Origin: Opitutales bacterium
Lineage (GTDB): Bacteria; Verrucomicrobiota; Verrucomicrobiia; Opitutales; T3Sed10-336
Assembly: GCA_022565335.1 (NCBI GenBank)
Contig: JAIUMY010000004.1
Location: forward strand, 809-64,808
Length of the DNA: 64,000 nucleotides
Reading direction: 5' to 3'
The position numbers and the translations under genes were made by a program. The number at the start of each line of letters is the position of its first letter. Position 1 is the stretch's first letter. This document shows positions 36,777 to 46,326 of this stretch, one piece after another. The notes beneath the pieces were generated by a model. The model saw only the letters and a program-made list of their open reading frames with translations. It did not search any database and was not told the DNA's origin.

Positions 36777-39700
36777 TCAGAACTTCTTTTTCTTCCACGA
36801 GGGCTCCGGCAATTGGGCGGGATTGGCTTCAAACAAAACTCCGGCCACTGCGGAATGTCGGCGGAGTTTTTGGTATTCCTTCGGCTCGATTTGCCAACTG
36901 AGCGAATTGGCGATTTCCGCCAAGACGATTTGGTTGTCGCCGACTAAAAAAGCAATTTGCTGACGAACATCCCCAAAACGGGCTTCCGCAGTAGCGCGCA
37001 ATCGAGGTATAAAGTCGTCCGCTTTTTCCCCCGGATAAAGCACCCAGGTGATCGCTTTGATCTCGCTCTCCACCATGCTGGGTAACGGAACCACTTCCTG
37101 TCCTACCAAACGGGGATCTTCCTGGTCGCGCGCCATAATGGTTCCCGTAATGACCACTGCCCGTTCCTCTACCAGAGCGTCTTTCACATCCTCGTACGCC
37201 CGGCTATACACATTGACCTCAAAATCGCCTTCCCGGGTCGTCAAACCCACGATCGCCCAAGGACGATTGTCTTTGCGGGACAACTTCTTCGTCAGTTTGC
37301 TGATGACTCCGCAAAGCCGGAACGTGGTTCGATCGGTAAGCGTCAGAAGCTTTTCCTCCGGATGGGAATTCAAAGCTTCCACCAACCCGGCATAATCGTC
37401 CAACGGGTGCCCGGAAATATAAAACCCTAGCAACTCCTTTTCATGACGCAGCATCTCGGGAAGAGAGAACGCCTCCTTCGCGTTTTGTTGACCCTCGTCT
37501 CCATCAGTCGAATCCTGCAGAGAGTCTTCCCGCACCGCCCCATTGGCACTGCCCGAGGCGGCATCCCCCAGAACGTCAAAGAAGGAAGCTTGCCCGGCTT
37601 CGCGGTCGCGCTTCGCCTCGGCGGCCCGCGACATCGCCGGTCCCAGATCGGCTAACAGAAGCCCACGATTGGTTCCGGTAAAATCAAAAGCCCCGGATTT
37701 GATTAAGCATTCCATCACCCGCCGATTCACCGCCTTTCCTTCAACCCGGGCAATAAAATCCTCCAAATCCTCAAAATCACCGTTGGCTTCCCGTTCTTCC
37801 AGGATCGCCTCCGCGGGTCCGCCGCCAACGCCCTTGATCGCCGCCAGGCCGAAGAGAATTTTCCCGCTCTCCCCATCCTCATTGATCACCGGGGTGAAAT
37901 TTTCCCGCGACCCGTTCACATTCGGACCGACCACTTCGATCCCCATCGACCGACACTCTCCGATAAAATGCCGCAGCTTGTCGGAATTCCCCAAATCCGC
38001 CGACAAAAGGGCCGCCATAAATTGCACCGGATAGTTGGCTTTTAGAAAACCGGTCCGATAACTCAACATCGCATACGCCGCCGAATGGGATTTATTAAAA
38101 CCATACTGGGCAAATTTCTCCAAAATCCCAAAGATCTCCAAGGCCGTTCCCTTGTCCATATCATGGGTCTTTTTCGCCCCCGCTACGAAGACCTCCTTCT
38201 GTTGCTCCATTACTTTGGCAATCTTCTTGCCCATCGCCCGGCGCAAAATATCCGCTTCACCAAGCGTATACCCGGCAATAATCCGGGCGGACTCCATAAC
38301 CTGCTCCTGGTAAACCAGCACCCCATAGGTCTCTTCCACCAAATCCTTCAACAAAGGATGCGGCACCTCAATCGTCGCGGGATCCCGCTTCCCTTTGATG
38401 AATTGCGGAATAAACTGCATCGGCCCCGGACGGTAAAGCGCAATCAAGGCGATGATTTCCTCGAAAGAGCTTAACCCGATCTGCCGACACAAGGACTGCA
38501 TCCCTCCGGATTCCAATTGAAAGACTCCAGTGGTTTGGCCGCGATTCAACAAATCAAAGGTTTTCTGATCACTGAGCGGGATTTTCTCGATGTCAAAATC
38601 AGCTGGCCCGTTGGTACGACGGACATTTTCCTGGGCATCGGAGATCACCGTAAGCGTCTTCAATCCCAGGAAATCCATCTTGAGAAGGCCCAGGTCCTCC
38701 ACCGGCCCCTTGGGATACTGCGTAGTAAGGTCCCCTTCCTGCAAGGTAACCGGCACCAGGTTGGTGATCGGCTGGTCTCCGATGATCACCCCGCAAGCGT
38801 GCTTGCCGGTATTGCGAACCATCCCTTCGATAACCCTTCCCTGCCGAACAATCTCGCCGGCAACGGAATTCTGCCGGGTCTCCTGCATCAATTCGGAGGA
38901 TTTTTCCAAGGCATCAGCCAGAGAAATATTCAAATCGTCGGGTACCATTTTGGCAATGCGGTCGGCCGCCGCATATTCGACATTTTGTACCCGGGCCAAA
39001 TCCCGCACCACCATCTTCGCGCCAAAGGTACCAAAAGTGATAATATTGGCCACACTCTCGGCGCCGTATTTATCACGCACATAGCCCACCACCTCATCCC
39101 GCCGACGCATACAAAAATCGACGTCAAAATCCGGAGGGGATACCCGCTCCAAGTTCAGCATCCGCTCAAAAAGAAGCCCAAACCGGATCGGTTCAATATC
39201 GGTGATCTTTAAAACATAGGCGACCATACAGCCGGCTCCCGATCCACGGCCCGGCCCCACCGGAATCTCCCGACGACGCGCCCAGTCGATGAAATCCCAA
39301 ACGATCAAAAAGTAATCGACAAACCCCGTCCCCGCGATAATCGCGAGTTCGTAATCGAGTTTTTCACAGAGTTTTCTGGCCTCCTCGGGATTCCCGGCCG
39401 CATCCGGATGGTCATAATCCACCCCATAACGCTCTTGCAGTCCCTTTTTACAGAGTTCCATCAAATACAAACCGTGCTCCTTGAGCTTGGTCCGCTCCTC
39501 TTCCGACAAGGTAAAATTGGCTTCTTCTCCCCCCTGCGCCAGCACCTTGTTCTTTTCCCGCACGTACACATCCAACACGCGGTCAAAATCCTCACTGGTC
39601 TTATCCCGGGCAGGCTCCGCCGGAATCTCAAAAATCGGGTAATGATTTTCCCCAAATGGAATCTCCAGGTCGCTGGTCATTTCCGCCACCGCCAAAGTGT

Positions 39701-40571
39701 TGTCGACCGATTCAGGCACCTCCCGGAAGATTTCCGCCATCTGCGCGCGGCTTTTCAAATAAAACTCCTGGCAGGGATAGCGCATCCGCTTCTCGTCACT
39801 CAGGATTTTTCCCGTCTGGATACACAACAAAGCGTCGTGCGGCTTGGCGTCGTCTTTGTAAACATAGTGTACATCATTGGCGCAAACCGGCTTCAGCTCA
39901 AATTCCCGGGCCAGCTTCAACAGGCCTTTGGAAATCCTCCGCTGCACCGGCATCCCGTGATCCTGTAATTCGATGAAGTAATTTTCCTTCCCAAAGATGT
40001 CGATAAACGTGGCCGTGGCCTCCCGTGCTTTTTCGAAGTCGTCGTAAATCAAATATTGCGAGGCCACCCCATTGACACAACCACTCAAGCCAATCAGGCC
40101 TTTGCTGTATTTGGCCAACCGCTCCAAATCAACTCTGGGACGCCGGTAAAAACCCTCCACGTGTGCTTCGGAAATAAGCTTACAGAGGTTTTGGTATCCC
40201 TCGAAGTTCTTTGCCAAAATCGTTTTGTGGTGAATCTGGTATCGGGGGAAATCTTCCGGACGGGGAGCCTGGTCTTCGGGCAAATCCCCGATATCATCGG
40301 TCCGGTTCTTCTCCTTTTTCGGCCGATCCTCCATCTTGTGGTCGTACACCAAATAGATCTCACAACCAATAATCGGCTGAATCCCCGCACTCTTGGCCGC
40401 CCGGTAGAAATCAATCGCCCCGAACAAATTCCCATGATCAGTCAACGCCATCGCCGGTTGGCCGAGTTCCTTCAAACGCTCCATATAACGCCCCACGCGG
40501 GCACACCCGTCGAGTAAACTGTAGTCGCTGTGACAATGTAGATGAACAAACGCGCCGTTTTCCGAACCCAT
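36777..40571 (-). CDS. dnaE: DNA polymerase III alpha subunit
   Basis: PHP domain [15 protein letters not shown], the polIII-alpha core, and a C-terminal OB-fold region. ATG 40571 is the likely start (GTG 40574 in the track). Confidence 0.95.
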   Translation of the reverse strand: MGSENGAFVHLHCHSDYSLLDGCARVGRYMERLKELGQPAMALTDHGNLFGAIDFYRAAKSAGIQPIIGCEIYLVYDHKMEDRPKKEKNRTDDIGDLPEDQAPRPEDFPRYQIHHKTILAKNFEGYQNLCKLISEAHVEGFYRRPRVDLERLAKYSKGLIGLSGCVNGVASQYLIYDDFEKAREATATFIDIFGKENYFIELQDHGMPVQRRISKGLLKLAREFELKPVCANDVHYVYKDDAKPHDALLCIQTGKILSDEKRMRYPCQEFYLKSRAQMAEIFREVPESVDNTLAVAEMTSDLEIPFGENHYPIFEIPAEPARDKTSEDFDRVLDVYVREKNKVLAQGGEEANFTLSEEERTKLKEHGLYLMELCKKGLQERYGVDYDHPDAAGNPEEARKLCEKLDYELAIIAGTGFVDYFLIVWDFIDWARRREIPVGPGRGSGAGCMVAYVLKITDIEPIRFGLLFERMLNLERVSPPDFDVDFCMRRRDEVVGYVRDKYGAESVANIITFGTFGAKMVVRDLARVQNVEYAAADRIAKMVPDDLNISLADALEKSSELMQETRQNSVAGEIVRQGRVIEGMVRNTGKHACGVIIGDQPITNLVPVTLQEGDLTTQYPKGPVEDLGLLKMDFLGLKTLTVISDAQENVRRTNGPADFDIEKIPLSDQKTFDLLNRGQTTGVFQLESGGMQSLCRQIGLSSFEEIIALIALYRPGPMQFIPQFIKGKRDPATIEVPHPLLKDLVEETYGVLVYQEQVMESARIIAGYTLGEADILRRAMGKKIAKVMEQQKEVFVAGAKKTHDMDKGTALEIFGILEKFAQYGFNKSHSAAYAMLSYRTGFLKANYPVQFMAALLSADLGNSDKLRHFIGECRSMGIEVVGPNVNGSRENFTPVINEDGESGKILFGLAAIKGVGGGPAEAILEEREANGDFEDLEDFIARVEGKAVNRRVMECLIKSGAFDFTGTNRGLLLADLGPAMSRAAEAKRDREAGQASFFDVLGDAASGSANGAVREDSLQDSTDGDEGQQNAKEAFSLPEMLRHEKELLGFYISGHPLDDYAGLVEALNSHPEEKLLTLTDRTTFRLCGVISKLTKKLSRKDNRPWAIVGLTTREGDFEVNVYSRAYEDVKDALVEERAVVITGTIMARDQEDPRLVGQEVVPLPSMVESEIKAITWVLYPGEKADDFIPRLRATAEARFGDVRQQIAFLVGDNQIVLAEIANSLSWQIEPKEYQKLRRHSAVAGVLFEANPAQLPEPSWKKKKF

Positions 40572-40946
40572 CACTCTACTGAAAAAAACTCCCGCCCGAA
40601 GCGCAAAAGAAATCTGCCTCGAGGCTCAAAAAAACTGCGCGAAGCACGCGAACAGGCTTTTTCTTCCGAAGCGTGTTCCGCAAAGGGGCATAAAATCCCA
40701 ACTCGCAGTCGCGGGGGATGATCGACCTTTCCGGTGAACCCTGAGTAAATCTGACAAGGGATATTTTGGTTATCCCGTGCCGATAGCCACCTTGGACTGC
40801 CTTTCGACAAGTTCAAGGCCCTGAGCCTGTCGAAGGACGGCAAGCTTCTTGCCGCTTTGGCAGCCGCTGCCTGCTGCGGCGTTACCACGATATACCATGC
40901 GCCAACAAGGTTGGCTCACCGAAAAACGACCGTTCTCGGTCCACTC

Positions 40947-41050
40947 CCAAGCGGAGGCCTTGCGCCTCTGCGCGGAGTGCTTCCTGCCTTGCAGCATCAG
41001 AGTTTCACGGAGCCAAGCGGAGGCCTTGCGCCTCTGCGCGGAGTGCTTCC
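40947..41050. repeat. Two perfect 38-nt direct repeats CCAAGCGGAGGCCTTGCGCCTCTGCGCGGAGTGCTTCC (40947-40984, 41013-41050) separated by a unique 28-nt spacer
   Basis: Verified base by base. A degenerate third copy lies at about 41085-41119 (..CAGCGGCGGCGCGGAACACTCC). Confidence 0.85.
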
Positions 41051-41149
41051 GCCCAAGGGTACAGCAATCCGCGCCAATTTGCTCCGCGCTGCCGCTTCAG
41101 CGGCGGCGCGGAACACTCCGGCCTCTCAAATCTCTTACCGTAAAGCCTC

Positions 41150-43372
41150 TTACGACTTCACCGCGCGAATCCACCGACCGCTGTAGCCGGGCAACTCGAA
41201 GGGTTTCCCCACCGACAGAGACTCACCACTGACCGGATCCTCCCAGGAAGTATACTGGTAACCTGGAGTCTCAAGAGATACCGTTCTGGTATCTTTATCG
41301 TTGAGGACGAAATAATGATCAGCCTGGGGAGCCGCGAGACGGTACACGATGGCCTCGCTGCGGTAAGGCAAGGGCGTATCCCCGAGAGCATGACGAACCA
41401 TCCATTCCTGCACCTGCGGATTGCCGGGCATCGTCGTCATACGGGAGGCCTCATAGGTCAGGATCGTTGCCGTTCCCTGGCCCAGACGATTAGCGGTCAC
41501 TGCCGGAGGTCCGTGACGATAGGATTCCAAAACGTCTGCCGTAGTAGGTTTCAAATCGAGCGTCGTGCCCTCAACCAGGTAATCGTGCTCGTCGATAATC
41601 CATGGCCGGGCATTGTCGCGGGAGTATTGAAAATCCCGTAATTGACAACCAAAGAGTTTTTCGAAGGGCGACCCTACCGGACTGCGTAAAACCCGCCCGT
41701 AGTAATCATACCAACCGCCGGGCGCATCCAGAACCACCCGGCCCCCTTCCTTAACATAATCGTAGAGAATTTCCAGAAGACCGTCATCAAGCGCCAGCGC
41801 GGCGGGCAAATAAATGCTCTTATAACGACCGGCCAAACCGTTGCGCAGGTCACTTCCGGTTACATGCTCCCACGGCACATTGGCATCGATCATTGCGCGA
41901 CTGGCACCAATGCGCGCCCGAATAGGTTCTTTCTTGAAGAAATCGCGCCCACCGATAGCGGCGGCCGCCCACATGGCTTCCATATCCCAATCCTGGAAAA
42001 CCCCCACATAAGGCTCTTTCATCGCTTGCCACAATTCGTCCCGGTGCTGACGACAGGCGGTTCCGATTTTTCCGACCTGAATGGCCCGCTCGGTGGGCTC
42101 GTCATTCCGGTCCAGAAGCGCGAACTCTCCACCTTCCCAGCCACAGGTACGGATACTCCAGCACCAGATGCCAAAACCGCGGTATCCACCGGCGATCCAG
42201 GAAAACATCAATTGGGTCATCACGCCCTCATCAACCGTAAAGCCGGGCTTTTTCTCCCGTACCTCGGGAACGAAAGGCGCTTTGTGACCCGTCATTTGCT
42301 GCGGACCGCCAGTCGATTCCCAGGTCGCATTCCACCCCCCTTTGAACCAGTCACTGGTGATCGAAGACTGCATGTACATCGGACGGGTTAGCTCAAAATC
42401 AACTTCCTCAAAATGCCAGGCCGGGTGAAAGCTGGGGTAAAACGACCCTCTCTCACGCATCAGTTCGGCAATGCCTTCCATATCCGTACCCCGCGCCGCA
42501 AAGGGCAGAAACAATCCCATCTCACCGCCGGAACGCATGGGGACGTTGGGGTCGGAGGCTTGAATCACATCGAAGCGATCACGCAACCAGTTGATGTAGT
42601 TGTCGGCTTTGTAGCGAAGCAAATCCCGGGTCCGGCGATATTCGCGGAATCCTCCGCTGACCACGTTCTTTACCTCTTCCCCGAGATGCTCCCAGGAGTC
42701 CCAACCGACTTTCTCTCCTCCACAAAGGGGCAAACCCTTGGGACCTGGGGCCATACAGTGATCCACATTCCATGCCTTGTTGAGGGCTTCGATGGTTTCA
42801 TATTGATTCTTCAGCCATTGCAGAAACATCGGCACCTGCTCATCTGCCAGACCAAATTCAAAATCCGGCTGCACCGAGGGCACCCAATTCTTGCCGCGTT
42901 TGCGGTCGGGCGTTTCCTTGAGATTTTTCGCCACTTTGGGACCCGACTCTCCCCGCGCTTCCCGGTCCACCCGCTCATGATAGAGTTTTTTCTGCCGCTC
43001 CAGCCATACTTCATTTTCCCGAAGCTCTTCCATCGGCATATCCTCGGGCAACCCAAGTTCTTTGAGTTTTTCCGGAGTCGGGTCTTCCCAACCACCTTCC
43101 CCGTACCACCAAGGGGTAATCCCCTCGTCAATCGCCATGTGAAAAACGGCGGTTTCATCCGTCCCGCGACAGACCTGACATTGCTTCAGGGCCGTATAGC
43201 CTAATTTCTTCATCAGGCGAAAATGACTACGGATATCCTCCATTGTCATCCCCGGGCTTTCGATAAATACACAGCCTACCGGCCAGGGGCTAATGCGCCG
43301 GAATTTCTGCTGTATGGGAGAATCGTGGATCTCCAGATAACGTTTTTTAAGGAAGGGGTCTTCTTGTGACAT
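41150..43372 (-). CDS. Putative glycoside hydrolase, GH42-like (beta-galactosidase-family TIM barrel + trimerisation-like domain)
   Basis: 740 aa. The N-terminal region DIRSHFRLMKKLGYTALK resembles the GH42 start. WNATWESTGGPQ resembles the GH42 nucleophile motif (MEQTPS). Weak, motif-level assignment only. Confidence 0.5.
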   Translation of the reverse strand: MSQEDPFLKKRYLEIHDSPIQQKFRRISPWPVGCVFIESPGMTMEDIRSHFRLMKKLGYTALKQCQVCRGTDETAVFHMAIDEGITPWWYGEGGWEDPTPEKLKELGLPEDMPMEELRENEVWLERQKKLYHERVDREARGESGPKVAKNLKETPDRKRGKNWVPSVQPDFEFGLADEQVPMFLQWLKNQYETIEALNKAWNVDHCMAPGPKGLPLCGGEKVGWDSWEHLGEEVKNVVSGGFREYRRTRDLLRYKADNYINWLRDRFDVIQASDPNVPMRSGGEMGLFLPFAARGTDMEGIAELMRERGSFYPSFHPAWHFEEVDFELTRPMYMQSSITSDWFKGGWNATWESTGGPQQMTGHKAPFVPEVREKKPGFTVDEGVMTQLMFSWIAGGYRGFGIWCWSIRTCGWEGGEFALLDRNDEPTERAIQVGKIGTACRQHRDELWQAMKEPYVGVFQDWDMEAMWAAAAIGGRDFFKKEPIRARIGASRAMIDANVPWEHVTGSDLRNGLAGRYKSIYLPAALALDDGLLEILYDYVKEGGRVVLDAPGGWYDYYGRVLRSPVGSPFEKLFGCQLRDFQYSRDNARPWIIDEHDYLVEGTTLDLKPTTADVLESYRHGPPAVTANRLGQGTATILTYEASRMTTMPGNPQVQEWMVRHALGDTPLPYRSEAIVYRLAAPQADHYFVLNDKDTRTVSLETPGYQYTSWEDPVSGESLSVGKPFELPGYSGRWIRAVKS

Positions 43373-43486
43373 AGTGACTGGTTATAAGATAAAACAACCT
43401 CCAAACGACAAAAGCTTTTGCCCGAGGACAAGCCAAAAGGAAAAAAACCTTTGCCGCGGAAACCGGATGAAGGTTATAAGAGACCC

Positions 43487-44266
43487 ATGCTTCCCGGTTT
43501 AGTTTCCATTACTCTTCGTGATAAAAGCCCTGAGGACCTGATTGCCCTGGCAACGGAAAATCATCTTGCCGCAATTGAATGGGGCGGGGACCAGCACGTG
43601 CCTCATGGCGACCTCGCCAAAGCACGCGAAGTCGGAGAAGCGACCCGCGCGGCCGGACTTGAGGTCTCTTCCTACGGCAGCTACTACCGCGCCGGTGAAC
43701 AAAGCGAGGATCCGAATTTAGCCCCGGAAAAGGTCGTCGAAACCGCCGCGGCTTTGGGTGCTCCGGCCATTCGGATCTGGGCAGGCAAGCAACGCCATAA
43801 TACCGCCACGCCCGAATATCGAAAAAAAGTCACCGCCGAATGTCGCCATATCGCCGATCTCGCTGCCCAGTCAAACCTGGAAATCCACCTGGAATACCAC
43901 GATTGGACCCTGACCAACGATCCCGATTCGGCGAAGCGATTGCTCGAAGACGTCGATCGACCGAATTTTTTCAGCCTCTGGCAACCTCCCAATGGTGCCA
44001 GCCTCGACGAATGTCGCAAAAGCCTCGCCACCATCCTCCCCCACTTGGCTCACGTCCACGTATTTCACTGGGGCAAGGGATGGAAAGACCGCTACCCTCT
44101 CGCCGAAGGTCAGGAACGGTGGCGACAGTATTTCGCTCTCATCGATGGCGCTCCTCCCCGCCAGCCCCGATATGCCCTTCTCGAATTCGTCCGCAACGAT
44201 GATCCGGAGCAATTCCAAACCGATGCCCAAACCCTCCATCAGTGGCTCGAAGGAAAGTGGCAATGA
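43487..44266 (+). CDS. Sugar phosphate isomerase/epimerase (xylose isomerase-like TIM barrel)
   Basis: About 260 aa with the AP_endonuc_2-type pattern (LAAIEWGGDQHVPHGD..., NLEIHLEYHDWTL, HVHVFHW). ATG 43487 is preferred over TTG 43418. Confidence 0.6.
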   Translation: MLPGLVSITLRDKSPEDLIALATENHLAAIEWGGDQHVPHGDLAKAREVGEATRAAGLEVSSYGSYYRAGEQSEDPNLAPEKVVETAAALGAPAIRIWAGKQRHNTATPEYRKKVTAECRHIADLAAQSNLEIHLEYHDWTLTNDPDSAKRLLEDVDRPNFFSLWQPPNGASLDECRKSLATILPHLAHVHVFHWGKGWKDRYPLAEGQERWRQYFALIDGAPPRQPRYALLEFVRNDDPEQFQTDAQTLHQWLEGKWQ

Positions 44267-44469
44267 GCACTCCCTTCTCGAAATCCAAAAAAAACGTAAG
44301 GCTTCGAGACAAGGGGTTGAAGGAAAACGACCTTCTCATTTTTTGCCACTCTCGATCACCCGCGCTTCAGACCCCACTGATTCTATTTATTTATTGACAC
44401 TTTTCCTCCTCCTCTCATTTCTAATGAAATTCTCCCCTCATGCCTCAGGCAACTTAACGTAGCACCCGG

Positions 44470-45264
44470 ATGAAGAAAAAAATCGACAAAAAACAATCGC
44501 GCGAAATTAAGCAAAAAATCTGGGAAATGTTACAGGCCGGAAGCTCCCAGGCCGCGGCGGCGAGGGCCACCGGAACAACCCGACAATACGTACACGTTCT
44601 GGCCAAGGATTTTGAAACCAGGGGATACGAACGGGTGGAAGCCAGTCTGGGCCGGCCCTTCGATGAACCGGTCACACCGGAAGAAAACCGGATCATATTC
44701 GAAACTCTCCTTAACAAAACTCCCCGCGAAGCCGGTATCGATGCCGATGCCTGGACCCGCTCCCCCCTACAGGAATGGTTTAAAAAAGAGTTTGGACGTC
44801 ACCTTTCCCGCAATCAGGTGCGCCGGTTTTGCACCGAAAATGACATCGACATCGAACCGGAACCCACCGGCTACCCCTGGATTGACGAACACTTCGACGA
44901 CACCCCGTCCGGCGTCCCCACCCGGACCTACCAAGCCAAAAAGGACCCCCACCCAACGGGCCAAAGAACGGTCCGGAAAACGGTCGCCAAGCCGCGCTCA
45001 AAAGTACCCGGCACATCCAGGCCGACTTTCCCCAAAAAGACTTCCGAAACCCCGGACCAGCCCCGCCGCCGCACCGGAAGACCCCGGAAAGGCGAAGGCG
45101 AGATGGATCTGGAAGCCATCCAAAGAAGCGTCGAGGAAACCCAGAAAAAACTAACCAAACAACAAATCGACGCCCTCTACGGAAAAAAATCGGGGAAACA
45201 CAGCAAAGGAAAGCGAACCCCTTTCACCCCATCCCGCAAAAAGAAAAAGAAGAAGAAAAAGTAA
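44470..45264 (+). CDS. DNA-binding protein: IS630-transposase-type HTH/winged-HTH N-domain + AT-hook + poly-Lys tail (no DDE domain)
   Basis: The N-terminal 130 aa (AARATGTTRQYVHVLAKDF...; TPREAGIDADAWTRSPLQEWFKKEFGRHLSRNQVRRFCTEN) follow the HTH + wHTH pattern of IS630 transposases. The AT-hook core is RRRTGRPRKG (aa 199-208). The C-terminus is SRKKKKKKKK. Confidence 0.55.
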   Translation: MKKKIDKKQSREIKQKIWEMLQAGSSQAAAARATGTTRQYVHVLAKDFETRGYERVEASLGRPFDEPVTPEENRIIFETLLNKTPREAGIDADAWTRSPLQEWFKKEFGRHLSRNQVRRFCTENDIDIEPEPTGYPWIDEHFDDTPSGVPTRTYQAKKDPHPTGQRTVRKTVAKPRSKVPGTSRPTFPKKTSETPDQPRRRTGRPRKGEGEMDLEAIQRSVEETQKKLTKQQIDALYGKKSGKHSKGKRTPFTPSRKKKKKKKK

Positions 45265-45317
45265 CCCTTCTCCTTAAAGAGAGGAACTTTACTCTTCCGC
45301 CAAGGCCTCTATCAGGC

Positions 45318-46178
45318 ATGCCCGTACCACCGCAACCCCTCTCCGACTTACCGTCGTTCTCCCCCTATACCTTCGGCGCCATGTCTCTCGGCTCCGACTT
45401 TTTCCAATTGGAGAAAGACATCAAACTCGCCCGCCAAGCCATGGAGGCCGGGGTTTGGTTTCATGCCTCGCCCACTTACCACCGGGGATTTTGCTTTATG
45501 GCTCTGCGCCTGGCCTTCGACCAGGCCCGCCACCAGACCCCACCGTTGATTATCAAAATTCGCGACCACTCCCCCACCGTCCTGCGGTTTGAGATAGAGG
45601 ACACCTGTCGGCGCCTGGGCCTCGATTCCATAGACATCATCCAACTCGTCGCGATGGATCAGGGCGATGACAACCTTGCCCGCGACCTCGCCCACGAAGG
45701 ACCGCTGGCCGCCGAATTGCACCGTCTCCGCGAGGAAGGTCTCTACCGACAAGCCACTCTTTTCCTGACCAAGCCACAGGAAGGCTACCTCAACAAAATC
45801 TGGCCCACCGGCTTAATCTCTTCAGTGATTCTCTATTGGAACGCCGTCCAACGCGCCTGCGCCGATTCCGACTGGGCGTATATCGAAGAAAATCAAATCC
45901 CCGTCCTCGCCCTTCGAACCCTGGGCGGCGGGTTCACCAACCTTCCGGAAAACCTCCGCGCCGAGGCCGAAACCTTACTCGCCGAAAGCGGTTGCACCGA
46001 CTGGGCCGAATTGAACCTACGCCTCGCCGCCTCTGTCCCCCTCCTCCAGACCACTATCGGCGGAACCGGCAACCCCGCTCACTTAAACCGTTTTCTCGAA
46101 TTACAAGCCGCGCCGTCACCCCTCGACCCCACCCTCACCAACCGAATCATCACCTGGCGCGAAAACCTTTCCACCTAG
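45318..46178 (+). CDS. Aldo/keto-reductase-like protein (weak)
   Basis: Loose AKR-like pattern (YTFGAMSLG..., CRRLGLDSIDIIQLV, LREEGLYRQATLF). Low-confidence family call. Confidence 0.35.
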   Translation: MPVPPQPLSDLPSFSPYTFGAMSLGSDFFQLEKDIKLARQAMEAGVWFHASPTYHRGFCFMALRLAFDQARHQTPPLIIKIRDHSPTVLRFEIEDTCRRLGLDSIDIIQLVAMDQGDDNLARDLAHEGPLAAELHRLREEGLYRQATLFLTKPQEGYLNKIWPTGLISSVILYWNAVQRACADSDWAYIEENQIPVLALRTLGGGFTNLPENLRAEAETLLAESGCTDWAELNLRLAASVPLLQTTIGGTGNPAHLNRFLELQAAPSPLDPTLTNRIITWRENLST

Positions 46179-46208
46179 CCTGCTTTCCCGCAACAGAGCC
46201 GTTCCAGA

Positions 46209-46262
46209 CGTCAATAGTCTAGTGCCATACCCTCAAATTCATAGCGTCAATAGTCTAGGGAC
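46209..46262 (+). repeat. Paired dispersed intergenic repeat, locus 2 (CGTCAATAGTCTAGTGCC 46209-46226; CGTCAATAGTCTAGGGAC 46245-46262)
   Basis: 14/14 identity between the two copies over CGTCAATAGTCTAG. 17/18 identity to copy 57592-57609. Confidence 0.8.
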
Positions 46263-46326
46263 GTTCCCGTAACTTTTGCGATTCTTGCTTGCGATCCGGG
46301 GGGGTGCTGATCACTTTCTTTTTTCT

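Noticed and set aside
40947-41119. Calling the 38-nt repeats a bona fide CRISPR array (feature type CRISPR).
   Set aside because: There are only two perfect units plus one degenerate unit. No cas genes lie within 20 kb on either side. The GC-rich hairpin content is equally compatible with REP-like elements. It is reported as a repeat and a low-to-moderate-interest finding instead.
40571-41232. ORFs 40571-40888 (-, 105 aa, its stop overlapping the dnaE start as TGATG) and 40849-41232 (+, 127 aa, with the repeated peptide SQAEALRLCAECF).
   Set aside because: The peptide repeat is simply the translation of the 38-nt DNA repeat. Both ORFs are basic, low-complexity and span hairpin DNA. The TGATG overlap is likely coincidental.
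44470-45264. Annotating the HTH/AT-hook gene as an IS630-family mobile element.
   Set aside because: No DDE_3 catalytic domain is present. No terminal inverted repeats or TA target duplication are visible in the flanks. The gene is single within the window.
45235-45264. The purine-only AAA/AAG run (poly-Lys codons) as a microsatellite or phase-variation tract.
   Set aside because: The codons are mixed AAA/AAG rather than a pure homopolymer, and the run sits at the extreme 3' end. Slippage would alter only the tail. There is no evidence of variation from a single sequence.
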